From positions 40,424,001 to 40,488,000 of the forward strand of contig OZ024748.1 in the NCBI GenBank assembly GCA_964016885.1: a DNA stretch of 64,000 nt. The letters run 5' to 3'. Below the pieces are notes generated by a model. It did no database searches and was not told the origin of the DNA. It saw only the letters and a list, made by a program, of their open reading frames with translations. Both the position numbers and the translations under genes were made by a program. Each line of letters opens with the position of its first letter. Position 1 is the first letter of the stretch. Source of the DNA: Eledone cirrhosa. Taxonomy: Eukaryota. Positions 33,701 through 51,300 of this stretch are shown piece by piece.

Positions 33701-35330
33701 ATACATATAGATCTTGTATAGACCACACATATAGATCTTGTATATAGACCATATATATAGATCTTGTATAGACTATACATATAGATCTTGTATAGACCAT
33801 ACATATAGATCTTGTGTATAGACCATACATATACATCTTGTATAGACCATACATATAGATCTTGTATAGACCATACATATAGATCTTGTATAGACCACAC
33901 ATATAGATCTTGTATAGACCATACATATAGATCTTGTGTATAGACCATACATATAGATCTTGTATAGACCATACATATAGATCTTGTGTATAGACCATAC
34001 ATATAGATCTTGTATATAGACCATAGATATAGATCTTGTATAGACCATACATATAGATATTGTATAGACCATACATATAGATCTTGTATATAGACCATAC
34101 ATATAGATCTTGTATAGAGCACACATATAGATATTGTATAGACCATACATATAGATCTTGTATATAGACCACACATATAGATATTGTATAGACCATGCAT
34201 ATAGATCTTGTATAGACCATACATATAGATCTTGTATATAGACCACACATATAGATCTTGTATAGACCATACATATAGATCTTGTATAGACCATACATAT
34301 AGATCTTGTATAGACAATACATATAGATCTTATATAGACCACACATATAGATCTTGTATATAGACCACACATATAGATCTTGTATAGACCATACATATAG
34401 ATCTTGTATAGACCATACATATAGATCTTGTGTATAGACCATACATATAGATCTTGTGTATAGACCACACATATAGATCTTGTATAGACCATACATGTAG
34501 ATCTTGTATATAGACCACACATATAGATCTTGTGTATAGACCATACATATAGATCTTGTGTAGACCACACATATAGATCTTGTATAGACAATACATATAG
34601 ATCTTGTATATAGACCACACATATAGATCTTGTGTATAGGTCATACATATAGATCTTGTGTATAGACCATACATATAGATATTGTGTAGACCACACATAT
34701 AGATCTTGTATATAGACGACACATATAGATCTTGTATAGACCATACATATAGATCTTGTATAGACCATACATATAGATCTTGTGTATAGACCACACATAT
34801 AGATCTTGTATATAGACCATACATATAGATCTTGTGTAGACCATACATATAGATCTTGTGTATAGACCATATATATAGATCTTGTGTATAGACCATACAT
34901 ATAGATATTGTATAGACCATACATATAGATCTTGTATAGACCACACATATAGATCTTGTATAGACCACACATATCGATATTGTATATAGACCATACATAT
35001 AGAGCTTGTATAGACCATACATATAGATATTGTATAGACCATACATATAGATCTTGTATAGACCACACATATAGATCTTGTATATAGACCATATATATAG
35101 ATCTTGTATAGACCATACATATAGATCTTGTATAGACCACACATATAGATCTTGTATATAGACCATACATATAGATCTTGTATAGACCATACATATAGAT
35201 CTTGTGTATAGACCATACATATACATCTTGTATAGACCATACATATAGATCTTGTATAGACCACACATATAGATCTTGTATAGACCATACATATAGATCT
35301 TGTGTATAGACCATACATATAGATCTTGTA
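24780..35330. repeat. Near-perfect ~5.3 kb tandem duplication (offset 5285, then 5261 after loss of one monomer)
   Basis: ORFs 25450..27306 and 30735..32591 appear identical (offset 5285), and 27944..29056 and 33205..34317 are near-identical (offset 5261). Private markers are shared: GACCAACAT (27691/32952), GTAGGCC (~28235/33496), TATTCTGT (~26517/31801) and TATCGAT plus GAGCTT (~29711-29745/34973-35005). Confidence 0.9.
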
Positions 35331-38300
35331 TAGACCATACATATAGATCTTGTGTATAGACCATACATATAGATCTTGTATAGACCATACATATAGATCT
35401 TGTGTATAGACCATACATATAGATCTTGCGTATAGACCATACATATAGATATTGTATATAGACCACACATATAGATATTGTGTATAAACCATACATATAC
35501 ATCTTGTATAGACCACACATATAGATCTTGTATAGACCATACATATAGATCTTGTATATAGACCATACATATAGATCTTGTATAGACTATACATATAGAT
35601 CTTGTATATAGACCATACATATAGATCTTGTATAGACCATACATATAGATCTTGTATAGACCATACATATAGATCTTGTATAAACCATACATATAGATCT
35701 TGTATAGACCATACATATAGATCTTGTATATAGACCATACATATAGATCTTGTATAGACCATACATATAGATATTGTATATAGACCATACATATAGATCT
35801 TGTATAGACCATACATATAGATCTTGTATATAGACCATACATATAGATCTTGTATAGACCATACATATAGATCTTGTATAGACCATACATATAGATCTTG
35901 TATATAGACCATACATATAGATCTTGTATAGACCATACATATAGATCTTGTGTATAGACCACACATATAGATCTTGTATATAGACCATACATATAGATCT
36001 TGTGTAGACCATACATATAGATCTTGTGTATAGACCATACATATAGATCTTGTGTATAGACCATACATATAGATCTTGTATAGACCATACATATAGATCT
36101 TGTATAGACCACACATATAGATCTTGTATAGACCACACATATAGATATTGTATATAGACCATACATATAGATCTTGTATAGACCATACATATAGATCTTG
36201 TATAGACCATACATATAGATCTTGTATAGACCACACATATAGATCTTGTATATAGACCATATATATAGATCTTGTATAGACCATACATATAGATCTTGTA
36301 TAGACCACACATATAGATCTTCTATATAGACCATACATATAGATCTTGTATAGACCATACATATAGATCTTGTGTATAGACCATACATATACATCTTGTA
36401 TAGACCATACATATAGATCTTGTATAGACCATACATATAGATCTTTTATAGACCACACATATAGATCTTGTATAGACCATACATATAGATCTTGAGTATA
36501 GACCATACATATAGATCTTGTATAGACCATACATATAGATCTTGTGTATAGACCATACATATAGATCTTGTATGTAGACCATAGATATAGATCTTGTATA
36601 GACCATACATATAGATATTGTATAGACCATACATATAGACCTTGTATATAGACCATACATATAGATATTGTATAGACCATACATATAGATCTTGTATAGA
36701 CCACACATATAGATCTTGTATATAGACCATATATATAGATCTTGTATAGACCATACATATAGATCTTGTATAGACCACACATATAGATCTTGTATATAGA
36801 CCATAGATATAGATCTTGTATAGACCATACATATAGATATTGTATAGACCATACATATAGACCTTGTATATAGACCATACATATAGATCTTGTATAGAGC
36901 ACACATATAGATATTGTGTAGACCACACATATAGATATTGTATAGACCATACATATAGATCTTGTATATAGACCACACATATAGATATTGTATAGACCAT
37001 GCATATAGATCTTGTATAGACCATACATATAGATCTTGTATATAGACCACACATATAGATCTTGTATAGACCATACATATAGATCTTGTATAGACCATAC
37101 ATATAGATCTTGTATAGACAATACATATAGATCTTATATAGACCACACATATAGATCTTGTATATAGACCACACATATAGATCTTGTATAGACCATACAT
37201 ATAGATCTTGTATAGACCATACATATAGATCTTGTGTATAGACCATACATATAGATCTTGTGTATAGACCACACATATAGATCTTGTATAGACCATACAT
37301 ATAGATCTCGTATATAGACCACACATATAGATCTTGTGTATAGACCATACATATAGATCTTGTGTATAGACCATACATATAGATATTGTGTAGACCACAC
37401 ATATAGATCTTGTATATAGACGACACATATAGATCTTGTATAGACCATACATATAGATCTTGTATAGACCATACATATAGATCTTGTGTATAGACCACAC
37501 ATATAGATCTTGTATATAGACCATACATATAGATCTTGTGTAGACCATACATATAGATCTTGTGTATAGACCATATATATAGATCTTGTGTATAGACCAT
37601 ACATATAGATATTGTATAGACCATACATATAGATCTTGTATAGACCACACATATAGATCTTGTATAGACCACACATATCGATATTGTATATAGACCATAC
37701 ATATAGAGCTTGTATAGACCATACATATAGATATTGTATAGACCATACATATAGATCTTGTATAGACCACACATATAGATCTTGTATATAGACCATATAT
37801 ATAGATCTTGTATAGACCATACATATAGATCTTGTATAGACCACACATATAGATCTTGTATATAGACCATACATATAGATCTTGTATAGACCATACATAT
37901 AGATCTTGTGTATAGACCATACATATACATCTTGTATAGACCATACATATAGATCTTGTATAGACCACACATATAGATCTTGTATAGACCATACATATAG
38001 ATCTTGTGTATAGACCATACATATAGATCTTGTATAGACCATACATATAGATCTTGTGTATAGACCATACATATAGATCTTGCGTATAGACCATACATAT
38101 AGATATTGTATATAGACCACACATATAGATATTGTGTATAAACCATACATATACATCTTGTATAGACCACACATATAGATCTTGTATAGACCATACATAT
38201 AGATCTTGTATGTAGACCATACATATAGATCTTGTATAGACTATACATATAGATCTTGTATAAAGACCATACATATAGATCTTGTATAGACCATACATAT

Positions 38301-39430
38301 AGATCTTGTATAGACCATACATATAGATCTTGTATAAACCATACATATAGATCTTGTATAGACCATACATATAGATCTTGTATATAGACCATACATATAG
38401 ATCTTGTATAGACCATACATATAGATATTGTATATAGACCATACATATAGATCTTGTATAGACCATACATATAGATCTTGTATATAGACCATACATATAG
38501 ATCTTGTATAGACCATACATATAGATCTTGTATAGACCATACATATAGATCTTGTATATAGACCATACATATAGATCTTGTATAGACCATACATATAGAT
38601 CTTGTGTATAGACCACACATATAGATCTTGTATATAGACCATACATATAGATCTTGTGTAGACCATACATATAGATCTTGTGTATAGACCATACATATAG
38701 ATCTTGTGTATAGACCATACATATAGATCTTGTATAGACCATACATATAGATCTTGTATAGACCACACATATAGATCTTGTATAGACCACACATATAGAT
38801 ATTGTATATAGACCATACATATAGATCTTGTATAGACCATACATATAGATCTTGTATAGACCATACATATAGATCTTGTATAGACCACACATATAGATCT
38901 TGTATATAGACCATATATATAGATCTTGTATAGACCATACATATAGATCTTGTATAGACCACACATATAGATCTTCTATATAGACCATACATATAGATCT
39001 TGTATAGACCATACATATAGATCTTGTGTATAGACCATACATATACATCTTGTATAGACCATACATATAGATCTTGTATAGACCATACATATAGATCTTT
39101 TATAGACCACACATATAGATCTTGTATAGACCATACATATAGATCTTGAGTATAGACCATACATATAGATCTTGTATAGACCATACATATAGATCTTGTG
39201 TATAGACCATACATATAGATCTTGTATGTAGACCATAGATATAGATCTTGTATAGACCATACATATAGATATTGTATAGACCATACATATAGACCTTGTA
39301 TATAGACCATACATATAGATATTGTATAGACCATACATATAGATCTTGTATAGACCACACATATAGATCTTGTATATAGACCATATATATAGATCTTGTA
39401 TAGACCATACATATAGATCTTGTATAGACC
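34650..39430. repeat. Tandem higher-order duplication with ~2654-bp offset
   Basis: ORFs 35587..36312 and 38241..38966 are offset by 2654. Shared private markers are TCTTCTAT (~36318/38972), CTTGAGTAT (~36491/39145) and GTATGTAG (~36570/39224). Confidence 0.85.
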
Positions 39431-42400
39431 ACACATATAGATCTTGTATATAGACCATACATATAGATCTTGTATAGACCATACATATAGATCTTGTGTA
39501 TAGACCATACATATACATCTTGTATAGACCATACATATAGATCTTGTATAGACCACACATATAGATCTTGTATAGACCATACATATAAATCTTGTGTATA
39601 GACCATACATATAGATCTTGTATAGACCATACATATAGATCTTGTGTATAGACCATACATATAGATCTTGTATAGACCATACATATAGATCTTGTGTATA
39701 GACCATAGATATAGATCTTGCGTATAGACCATACATATAGATCTTGTATAGACCATACATATAGATCTTGTATAGACCATACATATAGATCTTGTATAGA
39801 CCACACATATAGATCTTGTATAGACCACACATATAGATATTGTATATAGACCATACATATAGATCTTGTATAGACCATACATATAGATATTGTATAGACC
39901 ATACATATAGATCTTGTATAGACCACACATATAGATCTTGTATATAGACCATATATATAGATCTTGTATAGACCATACATATAGATCTTGTATAGACCAC
40001 ACATATAGATCTTGTATATAGACCATACATATAGATCTTGTATAGACCATACATATAGATCTTGTGTATAGACCATACATATACATCTTGTATAGACCAT
40101 ACATATAGATCTTGTATAGACCACACATATAGATCTTGTATAGACCATACATATAGATCTTGTGTATAGACCATACATATAGATCTTGTATAGACCATAC
40201 ATATAGATCTTGTGTATAGACCATACATATAGATCTTGTATAGACCATACATATAGATCTTGTGTATAGACCATACATATAGATCTTGCGTATAGACCAT
40301 ACATATAGATATTGTATATAGACCACACATATAGATATTGTGTATAAACCATAAATATACATCTTGTATAGACCACACATATAGATCTTGTATAGACCAT
40401 ACATATAGATCTTGTATATAGACCATACATATAGATCTTGTATAGACTATACATATAGATCTTGTATATAGACCATACATATAGATCTTGTATAGACCAT
40501 ACATATAGATCTTGTATAGACCATACATATAGATCTTGTATAAACCATACATATAGATCTTGTATAGACCATACATATAGATCTTGTATATAGACCATAC
40601 ATATAGATCTTGTATAGACCATACATATAGATATTGTATATAGACCATACATATAGATCTTGTATAGACCATACATATAGATCTTGTATATAGACCATAC
40701 ATATAGAGCTTGTATAGACCATACATATAGATCTTGTATAGACCATACATATAGATCTTGTATATAGACCATACATATAGATCTTGCATAGACCATACAT
40801 ATAGATCTTGTATAGACCATACATATAGATCTTGTATAGACCATACATATAGATCTTGTATAGACCACACATATAGATCTTGTATATAGACCATACATAT
40901 AGATCTTGTATATAGACCATACATATAGATCTTGTATAGACCACACATATAGATATTGTATAGACCATACATATAGATGTTGTATATAGACCATACATAT
41001 AGATCTTGTATAGACCACACATATAGATATTGTATAGACCATACATATAGATCTTGTATAGACCACACATATAGATATTGTATAGACCATACATATAGAT
41101 CTTGTATAGACCATACATATAGATCTTGTATAGACCATACATATAGGTATTGTAAATAGACCATACATATAGATCTTGTATAGACCATACATATAGATAT
41201 TGTGTATAGACCATACATATAGATCTTGTGTATAGACCATACATATAGATCTTGTGTATAGATAATACATATAGATCTTGTATAGACCACACATATAGAT
41301 CATGTGTATAGACCATACATATAGATCTTGTGTATAGACCACACATATAGATCTTGTGTATAGACCACACATATAGATCTTCTATATAGACCATACATAT
41401 AGATCTTGTATAGACCATACATATAGATCTTGTGTATAGACCATACATATAGATCTTGTAAAGACCATACATATAGATCTTGTATAGACCATACATATAG
41501 ATCTTGTATAGACCACACATATAGATCTTGTATATAGACCACACATATAGATCTTGTATAGACCATACATATAGATCTTGTATAGATCATACATATAGAT
41601 CTTGTGTATAGAACATACATATAAATCATGTGTATAGACCACACGTATAGATCTTGTATAGACCATACATATAGATCTTGTATATAGACCACACATATAG
41701 ATCTTGTGTATAGATCATACATATAGATATTGTGTAGACCACACATATAGATCTTGTATATAGACCACACATATAGATCTTGTATAGACCATACATATAG
41801 ATCTTGTATAGAGCTAACATATAGATCTTGTGTATAGACCACACATATAGATCTTGTATATAGACCATACATATAGATCTGGTATATAGACCACACATAT
41901 AGATCTTGTGTAGACCATACATATAGATCTTGTATAGACCACACATATAGATCTTGTATATAGACCATACATATAGATCTTGTATAGACCATACATATAG
42001 ATCTTGTGTATAGACCATACATATACATCTTGTATAGACCATACATATAGATCTTGTATAGACCATACATATAGATCTTTTATAGACCACACATATAGAT
42101 CTTGTATAGACCATACATATAGATCTTGTGTATAGACCATACATATAGATCTTGTATAGACCATACATATAGATCTTTTATATAGACCATACATATAGAT
42201 CTTGTATAGACCATACATATAGATCTTGTATAGACCATACATATAGATCTTGTGTATAGACCATACATATAGATCTTGTATAGACCATACATATAGATCT
42301 TGTATATAGAGCATACATATAGATCTTGTATAGACCATACGTATAGATCTTGTGTATAGACCATACATATAGATCTTGTGTATAGACCATACATATAGAT

Positions 42401-45329
42401 ATTTTATATAGACCACACATATAAATATTGTGTATAGACCATACATATACATCTTGTATAGACCATACATATAGATCTTGTATAGACCATACATATAGAT
42501 CTTGTATATAGACCATACATATAGATCTTGTATAGACTATACATATAGATCTTGTATATAGACCATACATATAGATCTTGTATAGACCATACATATAGAT
42601 CTTGTATAGACCATACATATAGATCTTGTATAGACCATACATATAGATCTTGTATATAGACCATACATATAGATCTTGTATAGACCATACATATATCTTG
42701 TATATAGACCATACATATAGATCTAGTATAGACCATACATATAAATCTTGTATATAGACCATACATATAGATCTTGTATAGACCATACATATAGATCTTG
42801 TATAGACCATACATATAGATCTTGTATATAAACCATACATATAGATCTTGTATAGACCACACATATAGATCTTGTATAGACCATACATATAGATCTTGTA
42901 ATATAGACCATACATATAGATCTTCTGTATAGACGATACATATAGACATTGTGTATAGACCATACATATAGATATTTTATATAGACCACACATATAGATC
43001 TTGTATAGACCACACATATAGATATTGTGTAGACCACACATATAGATCTTGTATATAGACCACACATATAGATATTGTGTAGACCACACATATAGATCTT
43101 GTATATAGACCACACATATAGATCTTGTGTATAGACCATACATATAGATATTGTGTATAGATCATACATATAGATCTTGTATAGACCACACATATAGATC
43201 TTGTATAGACCATACATATAGATCTTGTATATAGACCACACATATAAATCTTATATATAGACCATACATATAGATCTTGTGTAGACCACACATATAGATC
43301 TTGTGTAGACCACACATATAGATCTTGTGTATAGACCATACATATAGATCTTGTGTAGACCACACATATAGATCTTGTGTATAGACCATACATATAGATC
43401 TTGTATAGACCACACATATAGATCTTGTATAGACCACACATATAGATATTGTGTAGACCATACATATAGATCTTGTATATACCATACATATAGATCTTGT
43501 ATAGACCATACATATAGATCTTGTAGAGACCACACATATAGATGTTGTATATAGACCATACATATAGATCTTGTATAGACCATACATATAGATCTTGTAT
43601 AGACCACACATATAGATATTGTATAGACCATACATATAGATGTTGTATATAGACCATACATATAGATCTTGTATAGACCACACATATAGATATTGTATAG
43701 ACCATACATATAGATCTTGTATATAGACCATACATATAGATCTTGTATAGACCACACATATAGATATTGTATAGACCATACATATAGATGTTGTATATAG
43801 ACCATACATATAGATCTTGTATAGACCACACATATAGATATTGTATAGACCATACATATAGATCTTGTATAGACCACACATATAGATATTGTATAGACCA
43901 TACATATAGATCTTGTATAGACCATACATATAGATCTTGTATAGACCATACATATAGGTATTGTAAATAGACCATACATATAGATCTTGTATAGACCATA
44001 CATATAGATATTGTGTATAGACCATACATATAGATCTTGTGTATAGACCATACATATAGATCTTGTGTATAGACCACACATATAGATCTTGTATATAGAC
44101 CATACATATAGATCTTGTATAGACCATACATATAGATCTTGTGTATAGACCATACATATAGATCTTGTAAAGACCATACATATAGATCTTGTATAGACCA
44201 TACATATAGATCTTGTATAGACCACACATATAGATCTTATATATAGACCACACATATAGATCTTGTATAGACCATACATATAGATCTTGTATAGATCATA
44301 CATATAGATCTTGTGTATAGACCATACATATAGATCATGTGTATAGACCACACATATAGATCTTGTATAGACCATACATATAGATCTTGTATATAGACCA
44401 CACATATAGATCTTGTGTATAGATCATACATATAGATATTGTGTAGACCACACATATAGATCTTGTATATAGGCCACACATATAGATCTTGTATAGACCA
44501 TACATATAGATCTTGTATAGAGCAAACATATAGATCTTGTGTATAGACCACACATATAGATCTTGTATATAGACCATACATATAGATCTGGTATATAGAC
44601 CACACATGTAGATCTTGTGTAGACCATACATATAGATCTTGTATAGACCACACATATAGATCTTGTATATAGACCATACATATAGATCTTGTATAGACCA
44701 TACATATAGATCTTGTGTATAGACCATACATATACATCTTGTATAGACCATACATATAGATCTTGTATAGACCACACATATAGATCTTTTATAGACCATA
44801 CATATAGATCTTGTATAGACCATACATATAGATCTTGTGTATAGACCATACATATAGATCTTGTATAGACCATACAAATAGATCTTGTATATAGACCATA
44901 CATATAGATCTTGTATAGACCACACGTATAGATCTTGTGTATAGACCATACATATAGATCTTGTGTATAGACCATACATATAGATATTGTATATAGACCA
45001 CACATATAGATATTGTGTATAGACCATACATATACATCTTGTATAGACCATACATATAGATCTTGTATAGACCATACATATAGATCTTGTATATAGACCA
45101 TACATATAGATCTTGTATAGACTATACATATAGATCTTGTATATAGACCATACATATAGATCTTGTATAGACCATACATATAGATCTTGTATAGAGCATA
45201 CATATAGATCTTGTATAGACCATACATATAGATCTTGTATATAGACCATACATATAGATCTTGTATAGACCATACATATAGATCTTGTATATAGACCATA
45301 CATATAGATCTAGTATAGACCATACATAT

Positions 45330-48300
45330 AAATCTTGTATAGACCACACATATAGATCTTGTATATAGACCATACATATAGATCTTGTATAGACCATATA
45401 TATACATCTTGTATAGACCATACATATGGATCTTGTATAGACCATACATATAGATCTTGTATAGACCACACATATAGATCTTGTATAGACCATACATATA
45501 GATCTTGTGTATAGACCATACATATAGATCTTGTATAGACCATACATATAGATCTTGTATATAGACCATACATATAGATCTTGTATAGACCATACATATA
45601 GATCTTGTATAGACCATACATATAGATCTTGTGTATAGACCATACATATAGATCTTGTATAGACGATACATATAGATCTTGTATATAGACCATACATATA
45701 GATCTTGTATAGACCATACATATAGATCTTGTATAGACCATACATATAGATCTTGTATATAGACCATACATATAGATCTTGTATAGACCATACATATAGA
45801 TCTTGTATATAGACCATACATATAGATCTTGTATAGACCAAACATATAGATCTTGTATAGACCATACATATAGATCTTGTATATAGACTATACATATAGA
45901 TCTTGTATAGACCATACATATAGATCTTGTATAGACCATACATATAGATCTTGTATAGACCATACATATAGATCTTGTATAGACCACACATATAAATGTT
46001 GTATATAGACCATACATATAGATCTTGTATAGACCATACATATAGATCTTGTATAGATCACACATATAGATATTGTATAGACCATACATATAGATCTTGT
46101 ATAGACCACACATATAGATATTGTATAGATCATACATATAGATATTGTATATAGACCATACATATAGATCTTGTATAGACCATAGATATAGATCTTGTAT
46201 ATAGACCATACATATAGATCTTTTATAGACCATACATATAGATATTGTGTATAGAGCATACATATAGATCTTGTGTATAGACCATACATATAGATCTTGT
46301 GTATAGATAATACATATAGATCATGTATAGACCACACATATAGATCTTGTGTATAGACCATACATATAGATCTTGTGTATAGACCACACGTATAGATCTT
46401 GTGTATAGACCACACATATAGATCTTGTATATAGACCATACATATAGATCTTGTATAGACCATACATATAGATCTTGTGTATAGACCATACATATACATC
46501 TTGTATAGACCATACATATAGATCTTGTATAGACCATACATATAGATCTTTTATAGACCATACATATAGATCTTGTATAGACCATACATATAGATCTTGT
46601 GTATAGACCATACATATAGATCTTGTATAGACCATACATATAGATCTTGTGTATAGACCATACATATAGATCTTGTATAGACCATACAAATAGATCTTGT
46701 ATATAGACCATACATATAGATCTTGTATAGACCACACGTATAGATCTTGTGTATAGACCATACATATAGATCTTGTGTATAGACCATACATATAGATATT
46801 GTATATAGACCACACATATAGATATTGTGTATAGACCATACATATACATCTTGTATAGACCATACATATAGATCTTGTATAGACCATACATATAGATCTT
46901 GTATATAGACCATACATATAGATCTTGTATAGACTATACATATAGATCTTGTATATAGACCATACATATAGATCTTGTATAGACCATACATATAGATCTT
47001 GTATAGAGCATACATATAGATCTTGTATAGACCATACATATAGATCTTGTATATAGACCATACATATAGATCTTGTATAGACCATACATATAGATCTTGT
47101 ATATAGACCATACATATAGATCTAGTATAGACCATACATATAAATCTTGTATATAGACCATACATATAGATCTTGTATAGACCATACATATAGATCTTGT
47201 ATAGACCATACATATGGATCTTGTATAGACCATACATATAGATCTTGTATAGACCACACATATAGATCTTGTATAGACCATACATATAGATCTTGTATAT
47301 AGACCATACATATAGATCTTCTGTATAGACCATACATATAGACATTGTGTATAGACCATACATATAGATATTTTATATAGACTACACATATAGATCTTGT
47401 ATAGACCACACATATAGATATTGTGTAGACCACACATATAGATCTTGTATATAGACCACACATATAGATATTGTGTAGACCACACATATAGATCTTGTAT
47501 ATAGACCACACATATAGATCTTGTGTATAGACCATACATATAGATCTTGTATATAGACCATACATATAGATATTGTGTATAGATCATACATATAGATCTT
47601 GTATAGACCACACATATAGATCTTGTATAGACCATACATATAGATCTTGTATATAGACCACACATATAAATCTTGTATATAGACCATACATATAGATCTT
47701 GTGTAGACCTCACATATAGATCTTGTGTAGACCACACATATAGATCTTGTGTATAGACCATACATATAGATCTTGTGTAGACCACACATATAGATCTTGT
47801 GTATAGACCATACATATAGATCTTGTATAGACCACACATATAGATCTTGTATAGACCACACATATAGATATTGTGTAGACCATACATATAGATTTTGTGT
47901 ATAGACCATACATATAGATCTTGTATATAGACCACACATATAGATCTTGTGTATAGACCATACATATAGATCTTGTATAGAGGATACATATAGATCTTGT
48001 ATAGACCATACATATAGATCTTGTATAGACCATACATATATATCTTGTATAGACCACACATATAGATATTGTATAGACCACACATATAGATCTTGTGTAT
48101 AGACCACACATATAGATCTTGTATAGAACATACATATAGATCTTGTATAGACCATACATATAGATCTTGTATAGACAATACATATAGATCTTATATAGAC
48201 CACACATATAGATCTTGTATAGACCATACATATAGATCTTGTATAGACCATACATATAGATCTTGTATATAGACCGTACATATAGATCTTGTGTAGACCA

Positions 48301-51300
48301 TACATATAGATCTTGTAAATAGACCATACATATAGATCTTGTGTATAGACCATACATATAGATCTTGTATATACCATACATATAGATCTTGTATAGACCT
48401 TACATATAGATCTTGTATAGACCACACATATAGATCTTGTATATAGACCATATATATAGATCTTGTATAGACCATACATATAGATCTTGTATAGACCACA
48501 CATATAGATCTTGTATATAGACCATACATATAGATCTTGTATAGACCATATATATACATCTTGTATAGACCATACATATGGATCTTGTATAGACCATACA
48601 TATAGATCTTGTATAGACCACACATATAGATCTTGTATAGACCATACATATAGATCTTGTGTATAGACCATACATATAGATCTTGTATAGACCATACATA
48701 TAGATCTTGTATATAGACCATACATATAGATCTTGTATAGACCATACATATAGATCTTGTATAGACCATACATATAGATCTTGTGTATAGACCATACATA
48801 TAGATCTTGTATAGACGATACATATAGATCTTGTATATAGACCATACATATAGATCTTGTATAGACCATACATATAGATCTTGTATAGACCATACATATA
48901 GATCTTGTATATAGACCATACATATAGATCTTGTATAGACCATACATATAGATCTTGTATATAGACCATACATATAGATCTTGTATAGACCAAACATATA
49001 GATCTTGTATAGACCATACATATAGATCTTGTATATAGACTATACATATAGATCTTGTATAGACCATACATATAGATCTTGTATAGACCATACATATAGA
49101 TCTTGTATAGACCATACATATAGATCTTGTATAGACCACACATATAAATGTTGTATATAGACCATACATATAGATCTTGTATAGACCATACATATAGATC
49201 TTGTATAGATCACACATATAGATATTGTATAGACCATACATATAGATCTTGTATAGACCACACATATAGATATTGTATAGATCATACATATAGATATTGT
49301 ATATAGACCATACATATAGATCTTGTATAGACCATAGATATAGATCTTGTATATAGACCATACATATAGATCTTTTATAGACCATACATATAGATATTGT
49401 GTATAGAGCATACATATAGATCTTGTGTATAGACCATACATATAGATCTTGTGTATAGATAATACATATAGATCATGTATAGACCACACATATAGATCTT
49501 GTGTATAGACCATACATATAGATCTTGTGTATAGACCACACGTATAGATCTTGTGTATAGACCACACATATAGATCTTGTATATAGACCATACATATAGA
49601 TCTTGTATAGACCATACATATAGATCTTGTGTATAGACCATACATATACATCTTGTATAGACCATACATATAGATCTTGTATAGACCATACATATAGATC
49701 TTTTATAGACCATACATATAGATCTTGTATAGACCATACATATAGATCTTGTGTATAGACCATACATATAGATCTTGTATAGACCATACATATAGATCTT
49801 GTATATAGACCATACATATAGATCTTGTATAGACCACACGTATAGATCTTGTGTATAGACCATACATATAGATCTTGTGTATAGACCATACATATAAATA
49901 TTGTATATAGACCACACATATAGATATTGTGTATAGACCATACATATACATCTTGTATAGACCATACATATAGATCTTGTATAGACCATACATATAGATC
50001 TTGTATATAGACCATACATATAGATCTTGTATAGACTATACATATAGATCTTGTATATAGACCATACATATAGATCTTGTATAGACCATACATATAGATC
50101 TTGTATAGAGCATACATATAGATCTTGTATAGACCATACATATAGATCTTGTATATAGACCATACATATAGATCTTGTATAGACCATACATATAGATCTT
50201 GTATATAGACCATACATATAGATCTAGTATAGACCATACATATAAATCTTGTATATAGACCATACATATAGATCTTGTATAGACCATACATATAGATCTT
50301 GTATAGACCATACATATAGATCTTGTATATAAACCATACATATAGATCTTGTATAGACCACACATATAGATCTTGTGTAGACCATACATATAGATCTTGT
50401 ATATAGACCATACATATAGATCTTCTGTATAGACCATACATATAGACATTGTGTATAGACCATACATATAGATATTTTATATAGACCACACATATAGATC
50501 TTGTATAGACCACACATATAGATATTGTGTAGACCACACATATAGATCTTGTATATAGACCACACATATAGATATTGTGTAGACCACACATATAGATCTT
50601 GTATATAGACCACACATATAGATCTTGTGTATAGACCATACATATAGATCTTGTATATAGACCATACATATAGATATTGTGTATAGATCATACATATAGA
50701 TCTTGTATAGACCACACATATAGATCTTGTATAGACCATACATATAGATCTTGTATATAGACCACACATATAAATCTTGTATATAGACCATACATATAGA
50801 TCTTGTGTAGACCTCACATATAGATCTTGTGTAGACCACACATATAGATCTTGTGTATAGACCATACATATAGATCTTGTGTAGACCACACATATAGATC
50901 TTGTGTATAGACCATACATATAGATCTTGTATAGACCACACATATAGATCTTGTATAGACCACACATATAGATATTGTGTAGACCATACATATAGATTTT
51001 GTGTATAGACCATACATATAGATCTTGTATATAGACCACACATATAGATCTTGTGTATAGACCATACATATAGATCTTGTATAGAGGATACATATAGATC
51101 TTGTATAGACCATACATATAGATCTTGTATAGACCATACATATAGATCTTGTATAGACCACACATATAGATATTGTATAGACCACACATATAGATCTTGT
51201 GTATAGACCACACATATAGATCTTGTATAGACCATACATATAGATCTTGTATAGACCATACATATAGATCTTGTATAGACAATACATATAGATCTTATAT

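Larger units (their letters stand above)
16400..40900. repeat. Array layer B: about 9-10 copies of a roughly 2.2-3.0 kb (about 100-monomer) higher-order repeat
   Basis: Markers recur in constant order: TCTTGCGTAT (~16520, 19398, 21954, 24556, 27190, 27784, 32475, 33046, 35428, 38082, 39720, 40288), CCATGCAT (~18165, 20747, 23226, 25904, 28933, 31190, 34195, 36999) and GACGACAC (~18685, 21241, 23843, 26551, 29454, 31836, 34715, 37419). Confidence 0.8.

Noticed and set aside
34630-34650. AGGTCATAC as a possible inversion or insertion junction
   Set aside because: It is a local double substitution within an in-phase monomer, and orientation and register continue unchanged on both sides.
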